From the NCBI GenBank assembly GCA_021432655.1, contig MU271445.1, positions 1-64,000 on the forward strand: a stretch of DNA of 64,000 nt. Reading direction: 5' to 3'. Shown piece by piece: positions 63,744-64,000 of this stretch. The translations under genes were made by a program, and so were the position numbers. The notes beneath the pieces are model-generated. The model was not told where the DNA came from, did no database searches, and saw only the letters and a program-made list of their open reading frames with translations. The DNA is from Atractiella rhizophila (Eukaryota). Numbering within the stretch: the first letter of the stretch is position 1; the number at the start of each line of letters is the position of its first letter.

Positions 63744-63847
63744 TGTTGCCAGTCGCCGCACGCATCGATCTCATCTACTATCCTTCCAGCAGCTTCCAGT
63801 CAGTCTCAGTGAGGGCCGGATACGATCTTGATTGCTTAGCCATTCAG

Positions 63848-64000
63848 ATGAACGACTCCATAGCTGGCCCGTCAGCGCCGACGTCGTCCTTGCTGACTCA
63901 AGCCCTTACATATGCTCTTGAGGCTAAAGAGCGTGGCAATTCTGCAATCAGGGAGAAACAATACACGGCAGCTTTGGACGCATACGAAGAGGCTTTGGGG
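63848..64000 (+). CDS. TPR-repeat protein, 3'-truncated by the window edge
   Basis: ALEAKERGNSAIREKQYTAALDAYEEAL matches the first helix pair of co-chaperone-type TPR domains. Confidence 0.7.
   Translation, partial: MNDSIAGPSAPTSSLLTQALTYALEAKERGNSAIREKQYTAALDAYEEALG

Overview
Gene-dense fungal nuclear DNA, probably basidiomycete (inferred from many ~45-60 nt GT-AG introns with GTGCGT/GTTCGT/GTGAGT donors and CTRAC/CTAAT-type branch points). The left arm (1-27.5 kb) carries a RhoGEF (partial), a Ctr copper transporter, the PP4 catalytic subunit, a zf-HIT protein, DUF4246 plus a decayed copy, eEF2, a partly duplicated F-box-like gene, TBL1/SIF2 and INO80. A ~20 kb block (27.9-48.1 kb) has no recognisable intact gene and consists mostly of decayed Ty1/copia elements. 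One of these keeps both LTRs, a PBS, a PPT and an AAGTT target-site duplication but has an internal inversion. The right arm (48.3-64 kb) carries coatomer epsilon, a YJR142W-type Nudix hydrolase, FOL1, a DUF829/TMEM53-like protein, TRAX, an HSL-family esterase, a hypothetical gene and the start of a TPR gene. The best leads are: a duplicated promoter and first exon on the Ctr gene carrying CuRE-like motifs; an unassigned structured RNA candidate with an Sm-like site; a mitochondrial-presequence-like linker inside FOL1; a folded 266-nt SEC28 intron; and the retroelement island as a centromere candidate. All exon structures and folds were read by eye and no database search was run. None of these leads is a demonstrated new system.
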